Part shown: piece by piece, positions 19,247 to 37,289 of the stretch
Layout of the letters: the number at the start of each line of letters is the position of its first letter
How positions within the stretch are numbered: position 1 is the stretch's first letter
Assembly (NCBI RefSeq): GCF_000143415.4
Contig: NW_003314367.1
Span: forward strand, 372,001-436,000
Origin: Selaginella moellendorffii
Lineage: Eukaryota; Plantae; Lycopodiophyta
Direction of reading: 5' to 3'
Length of the DNA stretch: 64,000 nucleotides
The notes under the pieces: model-generated
What the model was told of the DNA's origin: nothing
What the model saw: the letters and a program-made list of their open reading frames with translations, nothing else
The model's database searches: none
Program-made: the position numbers and the translations under genes

Positions 19247-19920
19247 TTAAGGCGATGAATGAACGTGTTGCCTAGCAACTGCCTTCAACTCGACCAAGAG
19301 CAGCGTTTGGTCGTCGTTCTTAGAAGACGCTAAGATCTTGTAGACGACCTGCTTCAGTTATTCGTAGTCTCTGACCTGCAACGCCTTCCGAATCTGTCCA
19401 CAACTAATTGTCTATGCTGTTTTTATCCACTCCATCAGAAACAAGATTAAGGAGGAAGTCGCAGCCTTTGGAGATTTCAAAGTTGACAATGTCCGGAACA
19501 GCACTCACAGCTTGTTCTTCTCGACTCAGCTGCAGATTGCTCTTGAACGACCAATCTCCAATGCTGCGGGTCACCATGAGCGAATCTGCATCGTCTTCTT
19601 TGCCAGCCACAGTTATGCGTCTCGCCACCCGCCTTGACGATAGCTCCCCAGGACACTTGCAGTCATGCTCCTGGCTGATATCCATTACGTAACCATAAGC
19701 ATCGCCAACATTGCCAACAAAGACCTGGTCGTCATCAGTAACCAGAGGCACGGTCGCTGTACTCCCACAGCAGTCAGCATCTGGAGCCCGTGAATCTGCC
19801 TCGATGCAGCCTCCTTGCATAGTTGCCATCCCGGAAAGCCTGATTGCATCCTGCTCATGCTGCCAGCGAAGCGTGCCACTTGATCGCTGCCGTATATCAA
19901 CCAGACCTTGCCCCCGGCGC
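19247..19920 (-). pseudogene. Intronless, disabled PP2C (PPM) protein phosphatase
   Basis: Motifs in order: GSDQVARF, GSTATV, VFVGNVGD, LMVTRSIGD, VSAVPDI, DFLLNLVSDGV, NDDQTLLLVEL. There is a frameshift, in-frame stops (e.g. 19404) and the DGH motif is lost. Confidence 0.8.
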
Positions 19921-20056
19921 AGTAAGCTTCTCCATTGTGAATGTTTTGGAAATAGTTACCCTGGGCATTTTTGTAAGTCTTAAAAAAACCTTTAAAGTTC
20001 AAAGAAAAATCCTTTTGGGTTTATAACTTTTGGATCCTAAGCCTTCAAGCAAAGGG

Positions 20057-21223
20057 ATGGAGTCCATCACCCAGGATGATACTTTGGAGAGGATTTTGAG
20101 CTTTGTGGACCTGGCAACGCTGTCGAGTTGCTTGGTCGTTTGCAAGTCATGGAAGTCCATCATCAAGTCGCACACCTTTCGCCACCTGTGGTGCCGCAAC
20201 GCTGGTGTCAGAGCGGCCCCCCGGATCATGACAAGCTCCTTTGGGCACGAGCGCTGCTATGCGTTTGGAGCGTTGGGTAACAGGCGAGAGCTCAAGCTAC
20301 CCCCAGTGCAGGAATCCTTTGCTTTTGCTAAGGTCGTGGCTTCTGCTGGCGGCCTTGTATGCCTCCACTGCGTGCCCCGTGTTTTTGTACCACCACAAGC
20401 GCTCGAGTACTATTTCCTGGTCGGTAATCCACTCACCTGGGAATGGACGGAGATACCAGCGCTGCAGTGGAAGCACACAGAAGAAGCAGCGACCATCAAC
20501 GACTTTGCGATGTTTGTGGACGATGGCAGTGGTTTCTTCAAGCTGGGCGTGCACCACTCGGGCGCTGCTGCAATGGGCCACACTGGCTACGTGTACGACT
20601 CGGCCACTCGAGTGTGGTCGGCACTAGGCATGCTGCACTTCTCGCAAGCTCACGTCAAAGAGAGAACCAAGAAAGCGGAGCTGCTCAACATGAACCTTGG
20701 GAGTAACACCCCCACATTCCCAGGCATGGACGACTTCTATTACGACCTCACCACTTTGGGTATGTATGACATCAGACGCTGTGAGTGGAGCAATGGGAGT
20801 ATAGTGCGCAGCCTCAGGTTCACAACAGGCCTCAAAAGAAAATTCCACTGCGTTTTGCCACAGCCGGGATGGTGCACGTCAAGGCTATGGGAGTACAATG
20901 GTCAGCAATACTTTGCAAGCGCCTGGGTGTATGCAGGAAATTATAAAGGAGTGAATGGTTTTGGTGTGTGGAGAGTTGACAACAATGGCAGCTTGGTTAC
21001 AGTTTCTGTTGTGCCTATAATCAGCATTCTAAAGAAGGGATTATATCGTTGTATCTTTCAAGTGAAGACTGCTGCCGATGGCAATCTTGTTTGCTTCTCG
21101 GAGGAGAGTCCAGTTGTGGTTTACGACCTGAACGCAAACACTTGGAGCCAGATACCTGCCGAGCTCATGGATGATTACAGTGGAGCGGTAGTTTATCGAC
21201 CGTCTCTGAGGGCTGTGACATGA
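20057..21223 (+). CDS. Intronless F-box protein (copy 2, tandem paralogue)
   Basis: First ATG at 20057 (MESITQDDTLERILSFVDLATL); colinear with copy 1 to VVYRPSLR. Confidence 0.88.
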   Translation: MESITQDDTLERILSFVDLATLSSCLVVCKSWKSIIKSHTFRHLWCRNAGVRAAPRIMTSSFGHERCYAFGALGNRRELKLPPVQESFAFAKVVASAGGLVCLHCVPRVFVPPQALEYYFLVGNPLTWEWTEIPALQWKHTEEAATINDFAMFVDDGSGFFKLGVHHSGAAAMGHTGYVYDSATRVWSALGMLHFSQAHVKERTKKAELLNMNLGSNTPTFPGMDDFYYDLTTLGMYDIRRCEWSNGSIVRSLRFTTGLKRKFHCVLPQPGWCTSRLWEYNGQQYFASAWVYAGNYKGVNGFGVWRVDNNGSLVTVSVVPIISILKKGLYRCIFQVKTAADGNLVCFSEESPVVVYDLNANTWSQIPAELMDDYSGAVVYRPSLRAVT

Positions 21224-21361
21224 ATCCGAATCACCAGGAATAGTTCTTGGTTTGCTTTTATTTGAGACCAAATTTATGGTCAAATGAGATCGAGTAAAGT
21301 TGATGTCGATTAAGAAAAATGCCAAGGGTTTTAGGGTTCTAGAGGAATGGGGTGAGAGGAA

Positions 21362-23497
21362 ATGGCCGCATTCGCCAGGATCGTCGCTGCCCGCCACGGC
21401 CATCGCTTCCTGTGCTCGCTGGTGGAGAGCAGCAGCAGCAGTAGCGGCTGCGGCGGCGGCGGCATTGGGATCATCAGCGGCAGTAGCGGCAGCGCTCTCT
21501 CCACCGATGTGGCCTCCAAATGCGACTACGTCAAGGCGCTGTATGGATTCACGTATGGCGCCGGTGCCGCATGGTCCTCTTCCTCGTCGCCCTCGCGCCC
21601 TTCACCTTCCGATTGCCGCATCCGCCAGGCCGTGGCAATGGCGCTGCAAAACTATCTCCACTTCCGGCGTGGAGTGCCGCTGGACGACGCCGTCTTCATC
21701 AGCACTGGTGCTCCAAACTACATCAATTCCGTGGTGCAGCGCTTGCGAGGTGGTGGCGATCAGCAGCAGCAGCAGCAGCAAGAGCGCAGCTACGATCAGG
21801 TGAGGACGTGGGTGGAAGCAGTGATGCAAAAGGAAGGTGTGGATGAGATGGAGCCTTTCCTGGAGAGCATTGGCATGGCTAGCGCCAATGACTCCCTGAT
21901 CTTTCCTCGCGTGGATCTCTGTGGAGACATGGGACTGCTCCGCACTGCCAAGGCCATGGAAGGCAAAGGCATTCCCAAGAGGAACTTCTGGCACTTGCTC
22001 AAGAGGAACAGGCAAATTCTCCACTACAGTCTGAGAGACTGCTTGGACACGGTCGGGATCCTCTCCGAGCTCGGGTTAGGCCCCAGGGAGCTGGGAGAGG
22101 CCGTGTACCATTGTCCCTGGGTTTTCCGCGTGGAGCTGGAAGAGGAGCTGAGACCGGTGATCCAGCAGCTAGAGAGACTCGGTGTCGCGAAGACGGTGAT
22201 TGGCAAGATCATCACGGATGCTCCCACGCGGGTGGAGGTTCTGAGCCAGGTGAATGCCGAGGCGCTGGTGGTGGCGATCCAGGAGCAAGTTGGCGCGTCC
22301 AAGGAGGCGGCGATCAAGATGGTGCGCGATGATCCGGCTGTTCTGGTCGGCTGTAACATCGCAAAGTTGACGCAGATTGTGAAGTACTTCAAGACGGTGC
22401 TGCTGCTGGAGGACGACGAGTTGCTCTCGCTGGTGACCAGGTTTCCTCGCTTGCTGGTGCTCAACCTGGACAAGAGCGTCATCAACAAGGTGGAGTATCT
22501 CAAGGGAATCGGCGTCCAGCGCGCTCACGCCAAGAGGATCGTACTCAAGAATCCCCGGGTGCTGGCTTACAGCCTCGAGAGCAACATCATCCCCAAGGTG
22601 GAGTTTCTGGACGGCCTCGGTTTTCGTCGCAAGAGCCTTGGTGCTCTGCTGTGCAAATGCCCGCAGCTGCTGAGCGACATGGTAAGCACTTGCCTCCGTC
22701 GCAAGGCCAACTTCTTGCTCTTCCTGGGAGTGAAGTCGTCGCAGCTGGCGGACATCATGTACGTGTATCCGGAGTTCATGGGACTCAAGCTCGATGAAGT
22801 CAAAACCCGGCTTGCGTTCTACAAGAGCCTTCGGGTGGAGCAGCACGACTTGGCTACCATGCTCACCAAGCATCCGGCCATCATGAACTACGACATCAAC
22901 ACGCAAGTGAAGCCCGTGATCGAGTATTTCAAGTCGAGCTTGGGCTTCACCACCCGGGGACTGGCAGCGTTCCTCCGTCGACGGCCGTCGGTGCTGGGCG
23001 AGAGCGTTGAGTTCGTGGACGAGAAAGTCAAGTACTTCGAGGAGCTGGGATTCCGGAGGCACAGCGATGCCTTCAACGAGATACTCGTCTATGCGATGGC
23101 CGTTCCCATCGGTTTCATAGAATCTCGGCTGGAGCGGCTGAGGCGATTGGGAATCACGGAGAAGCAACTCAAGACGCTGGTCCAGGTCCGGATGCCGCTG
23201 CTGTACAGGGATGACCAGCGCGTGATGGCCACCACTGAGTATCTGCTCAAGGACATGCAGCTCGACATGGACGAGCTGCTCAAGTTCCCGCAGTTTTTCG
23301 GCTACGACTTGGAGGACAGGGTGAAGCCGCGGCACAGGCTGGTTGCATGGCTCAAAGCCAAGCACATCATCAAGCAGGACTACCCGCCTTGCTACCTGCA
23401 TATGCGCCGCCAAGTGTTCGAGGACATGTTTCTGGATTGCCACCCCGAGGCACGGGATATCTTCAGGGGCTACAAGGAACTTGTGGCGACGACATAA
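21362..23497 (+). CDS. mTERF family protein, organelle-targeted, intronless, 711 aa
   Basis: Repeated mTERF motifs (FPRLLVLNLDKSVINKVEYLKGIG, NPRVLAYSLESNIIPKVEFL, FPQFFGYDLEDRVKPRH). N-terminal ALQNYLH / EMEPFLESIG resembles the mTERF18-like group. Confidence 0.93.
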   Translation: MAAFARIVAARHGHRFLCSLVESSSSSSGCGGGGIGIISGSSGSALSTDVASKCDYVKALYGFTYGAGAAWSSSSSPSRPSPSDCRIRQAVAMALQNYLHFRRGVPLDDAVFISTGAPNYINSVVQRLRGGGDQQQQQQQERSYDQVRTWVEAVMQKEGVDEMEPFLESIGMASANDSLIFPRVDLCGDMGLLRTAKAMEGKGIPKRNFWHLLKRNRQILHYSLRDCLDTVGILSELGLGPRELGEAVYHCPWVFRVELEEELRPVIQQLERLGVAKTVIGKIITDAPTRVEVLSQVNAEALVVAIQEQVGASKEAAIKMVRDDPAVLVGCNIAKLTQIVKYFKTVLLLEDDELLSLVTRFPRLLVLNLDKSVINKVEYLKGIGVQRAHAKRIVLKNPRVLAYSLESNIIPKVEFLDGLGFRRKSLGALLCKCPQLLSDMVSTCLRRKANFLLFLGVKSSQLADIMYVYPEFMGLKLDEVKTRLAFYKSLRVEQHDLATMLTKHPAIMNYDINTQVKPVIEYFKSSLGFTTRGLAAFLRRRPSVLGESVEFVDEKVKYFEELGFRRHSDAFNEILVYAMAVPIGFIESRLERLRRLGITEKQLKTLVQVRMPLLYRDDQRVMATTEYLLKDMQLDMDELLKFPQFFGYDLEDRVKPRHRLVAWLKAKHIIKQDYPPCYLHMRRQVFEDMFLDCHPEARDIFRGYKELVATT

Positions 23498-23600
23498 AAA
23501 GCCACAACAAAAACAAAGCTCGTCTTTGCTACTAAACAGAGACGAGTCGAGGCTGAGCGAAAGAGACAGTCGAGTGGATTGAGCTCTCAGAGTTTCGTCC

Positions 23601-24083
23601 ATGGCTGCTGCTTGGCTCGCGGTGGCTCCTCTTCCGGTGGTATCGCGTCTGCTTACGACGAAGCCGCGCTTGAAGCTGCTGCTGCTAGCGTCTCCAACAC
23701 TGGACAAGAAGCTACATTCGCCTGGCAAGTCATGGCGAGGGACCTGCGCTCTCTTCGGTATGGATTGCTTCTTGGGCTGTGCGTGAATTCATTAACTTCG
23801 GCAGGGGGCGATGGAGGAAGCAGCAGCAAGGAGAAGAGAAAGTTCATAACCAAGGAAGAGGAACCGGAAGAGTGAGTGATTTCCTTTTGGATTCTTGCAA
23901 AGAAGTGAGAGTGTTTTTGCTTTGATCGATCTCTATAGGTACTGGCAATCGGCCGCCGAGCGTGAAGGTAGAGGGCCAATGTCGACGCTGTTGCCATACA
24001 TCGTCATATTTGGCTTCTCCACTCCCTTCGTTATCCTGGCGCTGGGATTTGCCAATGGCTGGATCAAAATCCCTGTGAGGTGA
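23601..24083 (+). CDS. Small conserved plastid membrane protein of unknown function (3 exons)
   Basis: Transit-like N-terminus; FITKEEEPEE|YWQSAAEREGRGPMSTLLPYIVIFGFSTPFVILALGFANGWIKIPVR with one hydrophobic segment; GT-AG introns. Confidence 0.8.
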
Positions 24084-24126
24084 TAGTTAACAAAGTAATG
24101 GGTGTTTAATTAAAACAAAACTTTCA

Positions 24127-24161
24127 CTATATAAAAGCCCTTAGCAGGGTTTAGGTTAGGG
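24127..24161 (+). promoter_or_regulatory. TATA box followed by telomere-motif-like repeats upstream of SPT6
   Basis: ctatataaaa at 24127-24136, then agggtttaggttaggg; ATG at 24175. Confidence 0.55.
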
Positions 24162-24174
24162 CAGTGGCAGAGCA

Positions 24175-31520
<7,346 letters not shown>

Positions 31521-31576
31521 CACTTCCTCCTCCCTAATCCATTTGGAGCCCTATTTTTTGGCGACCAGTGGTGGCT

Positions 31577-32019
31577 ATGGCGGCTCTGGCGAGCTTCCTT
31601 GGCTGCTCGCCGCCGATTCCTGGCGGCCGGATGGCAACGAGGCGCGCACCGCGAAGATTTTCCTGCCGAGCTGCCGGTGGTAAGAAGAATTTGCCCATAT
31701 CTCGCGCAGGCAAGGAGCCGGAGGAGGAGAGCCGCGAGATTCTCAATGCCTTCTTCCTGGGCAAGGCATTCGCGGATGCCGTGAACGAGCGCGTGACCAG
31801 CGCTGTGGGCGAGCTTCTCAGCCAGCTAGGGCGCCAGCAAGCGCAGCAGCAAAAGGAGATCCGGCAATTCCAGGTAGAGGATTTCGAATTCCAAGAAGAT
31901 CCTTTCGTGACCAATCGATGACGCAGGAGGAAGTGGAAGTCCGCGCGAGAGAATCTATGTCGCAATCGGCGGCGCGCTCACGAGCAATCGAGCGAGCCAG
32001 TGATGAAAGGATTGTATAA
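31577..32019 (+). CDS. Small plastid protein of the At4g13200-like family (2 exons)
   Basis: Transit peptide; ILNAFFLGKAFADAVNERVTSAVGELLSQLGRQQAQQQKEIRQFQ|EEVEVRA; ~53-bp GT-AG intron. Confidence 0.8.
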
Positions 32020-32099
32020 GAAAGGGGGAAAAAAAGAGACCGTTGAGCTTTTAGGGTTCTTCGTTTAGGGTTTATAGTCAGTCGATGGAATGAGCGACG

Positions 32100-33512
32100 A
32101 TGAAGAGGAGGATGATCCAAATCCGTGACCTGCATTGTTTCACCGTCGATGTGTGCGCCGAGGACGCCGCAGTGGTGGAGCGAGTCAAGGATCGAGTGCG
32201 CGAGCGCGGGCGGCAATGGTGGGAGCTGGAAGCGAGCAAGGGCGCCGCCTGGTATCTCCATTGCCAGGCGCAGCAATCCCTTTCTTTCATCGCGGCATTC
32301 AATGCCATACAGCTGAGAATGCTCATCAGGAAAGGGATCCCCCCGCAGCTCCGCCCCAGGATTTGGCTCTTCCTCTCCGGCGCCGCCAAGAAGAGATCCA
32401 CTGTTCCACACAGCTATTACAAGGATCTCGTCGATGCTGTTCGCGACAAAACGACTGCTGCCACTCGCCAGATCGATCACGTAAGATCTCTCTCGGGATT
32501 TTTCCAGTGACTTTGTTAAGCTCCTCTTTTCTTATCCAGGACTTGGATAGAACGTTTCCAACGCACCCATGGCTCAGCTCTCCGGCTGGCCAGCAGACGC
32601 TCCGGCGAGTGTTGGTGGCTTACTCCTTTCGTGATTCGCGAGTTGGATACTGTCAGGTAAATCGCTAGCTTCGGTATTTTTCTTCTGTGTTGCTCAGGCA
32701 CGCGTCCATCCAGGGAATGAATTTTGTGGCAGGATTACTGCTCGTGGTCATGAAAACCGAAGAGGACGCGTTCTGGATGCTGGCTGTGCTGCTGGAGAAC
32801 GTCTTGCTTTCGGACACTTACTCGGACAATCTGTATGGATGCCACATCGAGCAGCGAGTATTCAAAGAGCTCTTGAGAAAGAAATGCACGAGGTTGGGTT
32901 TTTTTCATGTTAAGGAACTGCTTAAGTTGTTCTTCTGTTTCTAGGCTGGCGCTTCATTTTGAGGCGATGGATTTTGATGTGTCGCTGCTAACAACCGAAT
33001 GGTTTCTGTGCCTTTTTGCGAAAACACTACCATCGGAGGTAACACTCCGTGTTTGCTTTGGTCTGCGCTTGTGGTTACAGCTTCTCTTTCAGACAACAAT
33101 GAGAATTTGGGACGTTCTCTTCAATGAGGGAGCAAAAGTGCTATTCAGATTTGCTTTGGGCATCTTAAAGGTCTGAAATTTGATTTTGCTTTTGTTTTTT
33201 GTTTGTCACGAGCATTAATGTGTATCATGAATTCTTACAGATGAAGGAGGAAGAACTTCTGCCCATGAAACATGCGGATGAATTGGTCAAGGTTGTGCAA
33301 GACTTTGCAAGACGGACGTTTGATCCGGATGTGCTGTTTAAGGTTGATCTCTTACAGTGTGACTGCCTTGAGCAAACATGCGTGACACGTTGTTTCAGGT
33401 TGCTTTTGACAAGGTGGGATCTATGACAATGCAAACCATTGACAAGCATCGAAGGAAACAACAGCCGGCTGTGATGGCAGAGCTCGCAGGAAGATCCCAG
33501 CGAATTATGTAA
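32100..33512 (+). CDS. TBC-domain Rab GTPase-activating protein, multi-exon
   Basis: LIRKGIPPQLRPRIW, QIDHDLDRTFP (IxxDxxR), VGYCQGMNF (YxQ), EEDAFW, TEWFLCLF, RIWDVLF. Confidence 0.92.
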
Positions 33513-33604
33513 GTTTCTTTTCTTTCTTCTCTATATTCTAAACAAACACGAACTGTTATTTCCGGACTGACAGGAGTTCCTCTTGGAAGTGAGTCGCTGT
33601 GTGT

Positions 33605-34595
33605 TTACCAAGGCGAGAGCTGGCATTCCTTTGGGGGGACTGGATAGCGTTTGGCATCAGTGCAGTAGTCGTAGATGAGAAAGTTCTTCTGCACCCACAG
33701 ATAGGAACTCCGCTGCGAAGGGCTCAGTGTCCAGGATCCAGGCTGATCCCACCACTTCTCCCAAGTGGTGGTAATGCACAGAGGGAAGGGATCACTCCAC
33801 GGACACGAATCCAAGTTGTAGCTGCCAATCTCGGCCAGGAAGGGTGCAGAGTTCCAGTCGATCTTGTCCAGGCCTCCTCGGGTCGCCCAGTTGTCCCCAT
33901 TCCAAATGCTTCCAAAGACATACATTGGCTGCGAAGGATAGATGGTCGTCGGAGTGTTCCGTAGAACTCGAACAGGAATGGAGTCGACAAAGAAGCTGAT
34001 AGATGGATGAAACAAGGAAAGAGAATGGATCAAAGTTTTTCATGGGCTTGGTGGTTGTGAGGCCAGAATTACTTACACGATCTGGTGCCGGTTCCAGAGG
34101 AAGGCATAGGTGTGGAAGTCTTTGGCAGGATCAAACCAGAGGGAGTAGCGCGTCTCTCGTGATCCGACACCGTTGACGAAGATGTTGGTGTGGAGGATGT
34201 ATGGCTGGCCGGACTTGTTTCCCAGGAACTCAAAGTCCAATTCGTCGTGGTTGGAAGATGTCGACGAGAGATACAAGGTGGTGACCACTCCGGCTGAATT
34301 GTTGGGGACGAGCTTCATGCGTACACTCAGGTAGCCAAACTTGTACCTTTCATACGATTGGAAAGCCGATCCTAGCAGACACGCACAGATAAAATTGATG
34401 GATTTGATCGTGAGTTTGCTTACCAGATGATTTGTCGAGGACCATTTGCATCGACTGGCCGTTGTTGGTCTCTCGGACGTGGTCCTTTCCCCAGATCACC
34501 TTGAAGTGCTGGTTCCATCGAGGATTAGCAGCAGTGACGAGCTGGATCACACACAGGAGCGCTGTCACCAGGCTCACGAAGGATCTCGTTGTCAT
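33605..34595 (-). CDS. XTH: Xyloglucan endotransglucosylase/hydrolase (GH16), 3 exons
   Basis: Signal peptide; catalytic [14 protein letters not shown]; [13 protein letters not shown]; [12 protein letters not shown]...EC. Confidence 0.95.
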
Positions 34596-34767
34596 AGTGA
34601 TGGAGACGAAGAACAAGCAGTAGTGATTTTGTGATGGCTGGTAGAGGAAAGATTGTAGTTTAGGACAAGCATTATATATGGAGGGTCGTGGGTCATGATC
34701 ATCACGTTAAAACCACCCTGGCCACGACTTTTATTGACCATAGTTATACCTTTTAGTGATAGAAGGT

Positions 34768-34852
34768 ATGAAGCGCTCAAATAAGACGATGGAGTCTATT
34801 GCAGCTTTCTAGACCTGGCCACACTGTCTAGTTGCTTGGTCGTTTGCAAGTC
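34768..34852 (+). pseudogene. Internally deleted fragment of the F-box gene 5' end
   Basis: atgaagcgctcaaataagacgatggagtc...gacctggccacactgtctagttgcttggtcgtttgcaagtc matches 17374-17487 with a deletion. Confidence 0.8.
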
Positions 34853-35446
34853 TAGTACCGTTTGAGACTGATTCCTTCCTCATGTTCCAATTTGATGACT
34901 CATTGGAGTGTAGCCATGTTGTAATAGGATTTAGAACACCAACCAGTAATAGACAGGGTCACTTGGAACATTACAAAGAATATTATAAAGAGTTGGCTTT
35001 GAGCTGCTAAGTAACACTCTGCAGTGGGAGCCTATCACATACAATGAGGAGAGTTGTCAGCTTTGACTGCATAGTCAACATGAGTTGATTGAGTATAATG
35101 TTTATTAAAGGAATTTGAAAGTTGAGTTATGCAAGGTTTTTTTAATAGATAAAAGTGTTGCAAAAGAAGCTATTATAATCTCTTGAATTTAGACTTCCTA
35201 TGAATTCACCCAATCTAATATTATTCAAACCAAAGACATTTAAACCTAAGTATCCAAAGATGTTTAACCGATTGGAAAAAGAAGTGCATTTCTATTTATG
35301 GATTTTTTCCTTCTATATTTAAATCTTTATAAATTATCCCTTGAGTTCTCTTTGGTTGCTTATAAACCACAATGCTTTTCTACAAATTCATGCCCTTATG
35401 AATGAAAGTTAAGAGTCACAATTCTCCCACTCTCTTCACACCCTAC

Positions 35447-36836
35447 TATAAGACACAAATCATTAATCCCAAAAATAGAGCAGAAAGAGTGTTATATAGT
35501 AGTAGTTAAAGTGGAAATTTAACAAGTGTAACATATTTTGACCAAAGCTTTGACTTGAAAAGTCAAGAGTGGGAGTGGAACTCCAAACAAAGTACTCGAG
35601 GAATTATTACAAAGCAATTGGTGAATGATTCTCTAAAAAGGGACACAAAAAGGACTAACATATGGTAAGTGTTATGATATATGGAAGTGTTAAGATTGAG
35701 TCTGAGAAAGAGTTTGAGATGGAGTCCAAGAAGGAGTCTGAGAAAGAGTCTAAGACCAAGACTAAGATCCGGACCGAGACTGAGACTGAGACTGAGATTG
35801 AGACCGAGACCAAGACTAAGACTGAGATTGAAACTGAAACCAAGTCCAAGGGTGAAAGCCTAAAACAATCGTCTCCCAAACCCTAAAGGGTTTGGTGAGT
35901 TCCAAAAAGATAGTAGGGGGAAGACTCAAATAGAACTAGTTTAGTTAGGAAAGGTTAATGTGACCAAGAAAGGTTATACCTATATGGTTGGTGATGATAT
36001 AACCATTGAAGAGTCTAATGCTAAAGTGAACAGGGATGGGAAATGGGGTAATTTGGTGAAGTGTTCAAAAGCCAACTTAAACTTCCCTGAGAGATCAAAT
36101 GGTCAATACTCCTAATCCAAGTGTAGGTGGTATTACCTACTTGGATACTTGGTATGCCTCATTGGAATTTTGCTCTAGCCATATGGCTAGAGCAACTAAA
36201 GGTGGAAGGTGGGGAGAGTACTTATGAGGCTTGTGTAGGGCCACGGTGTTTCAAATTGTTATCTAAAAGTCCTAAACTATGGAAAGGAAAAGGAACAATC
36301 TTCTTGTGTAGTGACTAAGGATATGATCACCTAGTGAAGAAGTCCCAGAGGTTAGTGGGATTTAGTGGTTGGGCATTTAGGCCCTAACCCAATAGTAGTG
36401 TTGGTGAGCACGATTGTGGATGGAGAGGGACTTAATGAAGATTAAAGAAGGGATATTGGGGAAGGGTGTTCTTTATGTCTTTGGTTATCCTAAGGATGCT
36501 AAAATGTGGTCTTGAGATAACCACTCATGGACAAATGGCCTAGCCTTTGAGAGATGGGACTATGGCACATGTGGTCTTGGACTACCAATGAGATAAAGGT
36601 ATAAGTTAATATAATAGGTTGAGATGTCAATAGTACCTTTGGAGTGTTTGTCATGGGATCAAACACATGGAACACTTGGATTAAGTGCAAAGGTTGAATG
36701 GTATAGATGCTATTTATAGGGCTAACATATCTCTAAGTTAAGAATAAAAATTATTGAGGTTGTGAGTGAAATTCCTCCAAATGGTTAAAGATGTGGTTAA
36801 ATAACTAAAGTATAATGGAAAATTTAATCACTTACA
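35447..36836 (+). repeat. Family-A LTR, heavily eroded
   Basis: Starts tataagacac (from tgtgagacac), ends cttaca; colinear with 37290-39126 with many transitions. Confidence 0.8.
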
Positions 36837-36839
36837 ACT

Positions 36840-36851
36840 TGGTATCAGAGC
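36840..36851 (+). promoter_or_regulatory. Primer-binding site for initiator tRNA-Met
   Basis: TGGTATCAGAGC, 3 nt after the LTR CA terminus. Confidence 0.9.
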
Positions 36852-37289
36852 TATTCCTTAGTTTGACCTATATTGGTGGTCAAGTATATCACTATTCGAT
36901 ATTGGCATTAAAAGGTCCCAGGAGTGGGTTTATCTTTAAGGAATAGCATATTAAAAGGGCATGACTGTCCACTTGGGTTCATACTTGAGTGTATAGGCAA
37001 TGTGATGGATAGCAAAGGGTTAATAAAAGAATGACTTTAGGATCTTGGGAAAAGTAAAAGGTTTTCCTCAGAAAGTTGAGGATGTGATCCATATAAGTGT
37101 TTGACTTAGCAAATTGGTTAATGTAGTTGTGGTAAACAACTATAATTGGGATCACAAAAAAAAAAAAAATCTGAGACAATAAAGGAGTCACAAAATTATC
37201 TTTATATCGTTTGTGCTAATAAATTTGAGACTAAAGTTAATGATTGTGAAAAGTCAAATATGGATGAGGATATATATCCTTGAAATGGT

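Noticed and set aside
22169-23728. 519-aa minus-strand ORF
   Set aside because: Antisense shadow of the GC3-rich mTERF CDS; no recognisable motifs.
34860-35446. Possible Gypsy gag relic (PKTFKPKYPKMFN) left of the nest
   Set aside because: Too short and degenerate to call, though it would fit with the integrase relic at the right edge.
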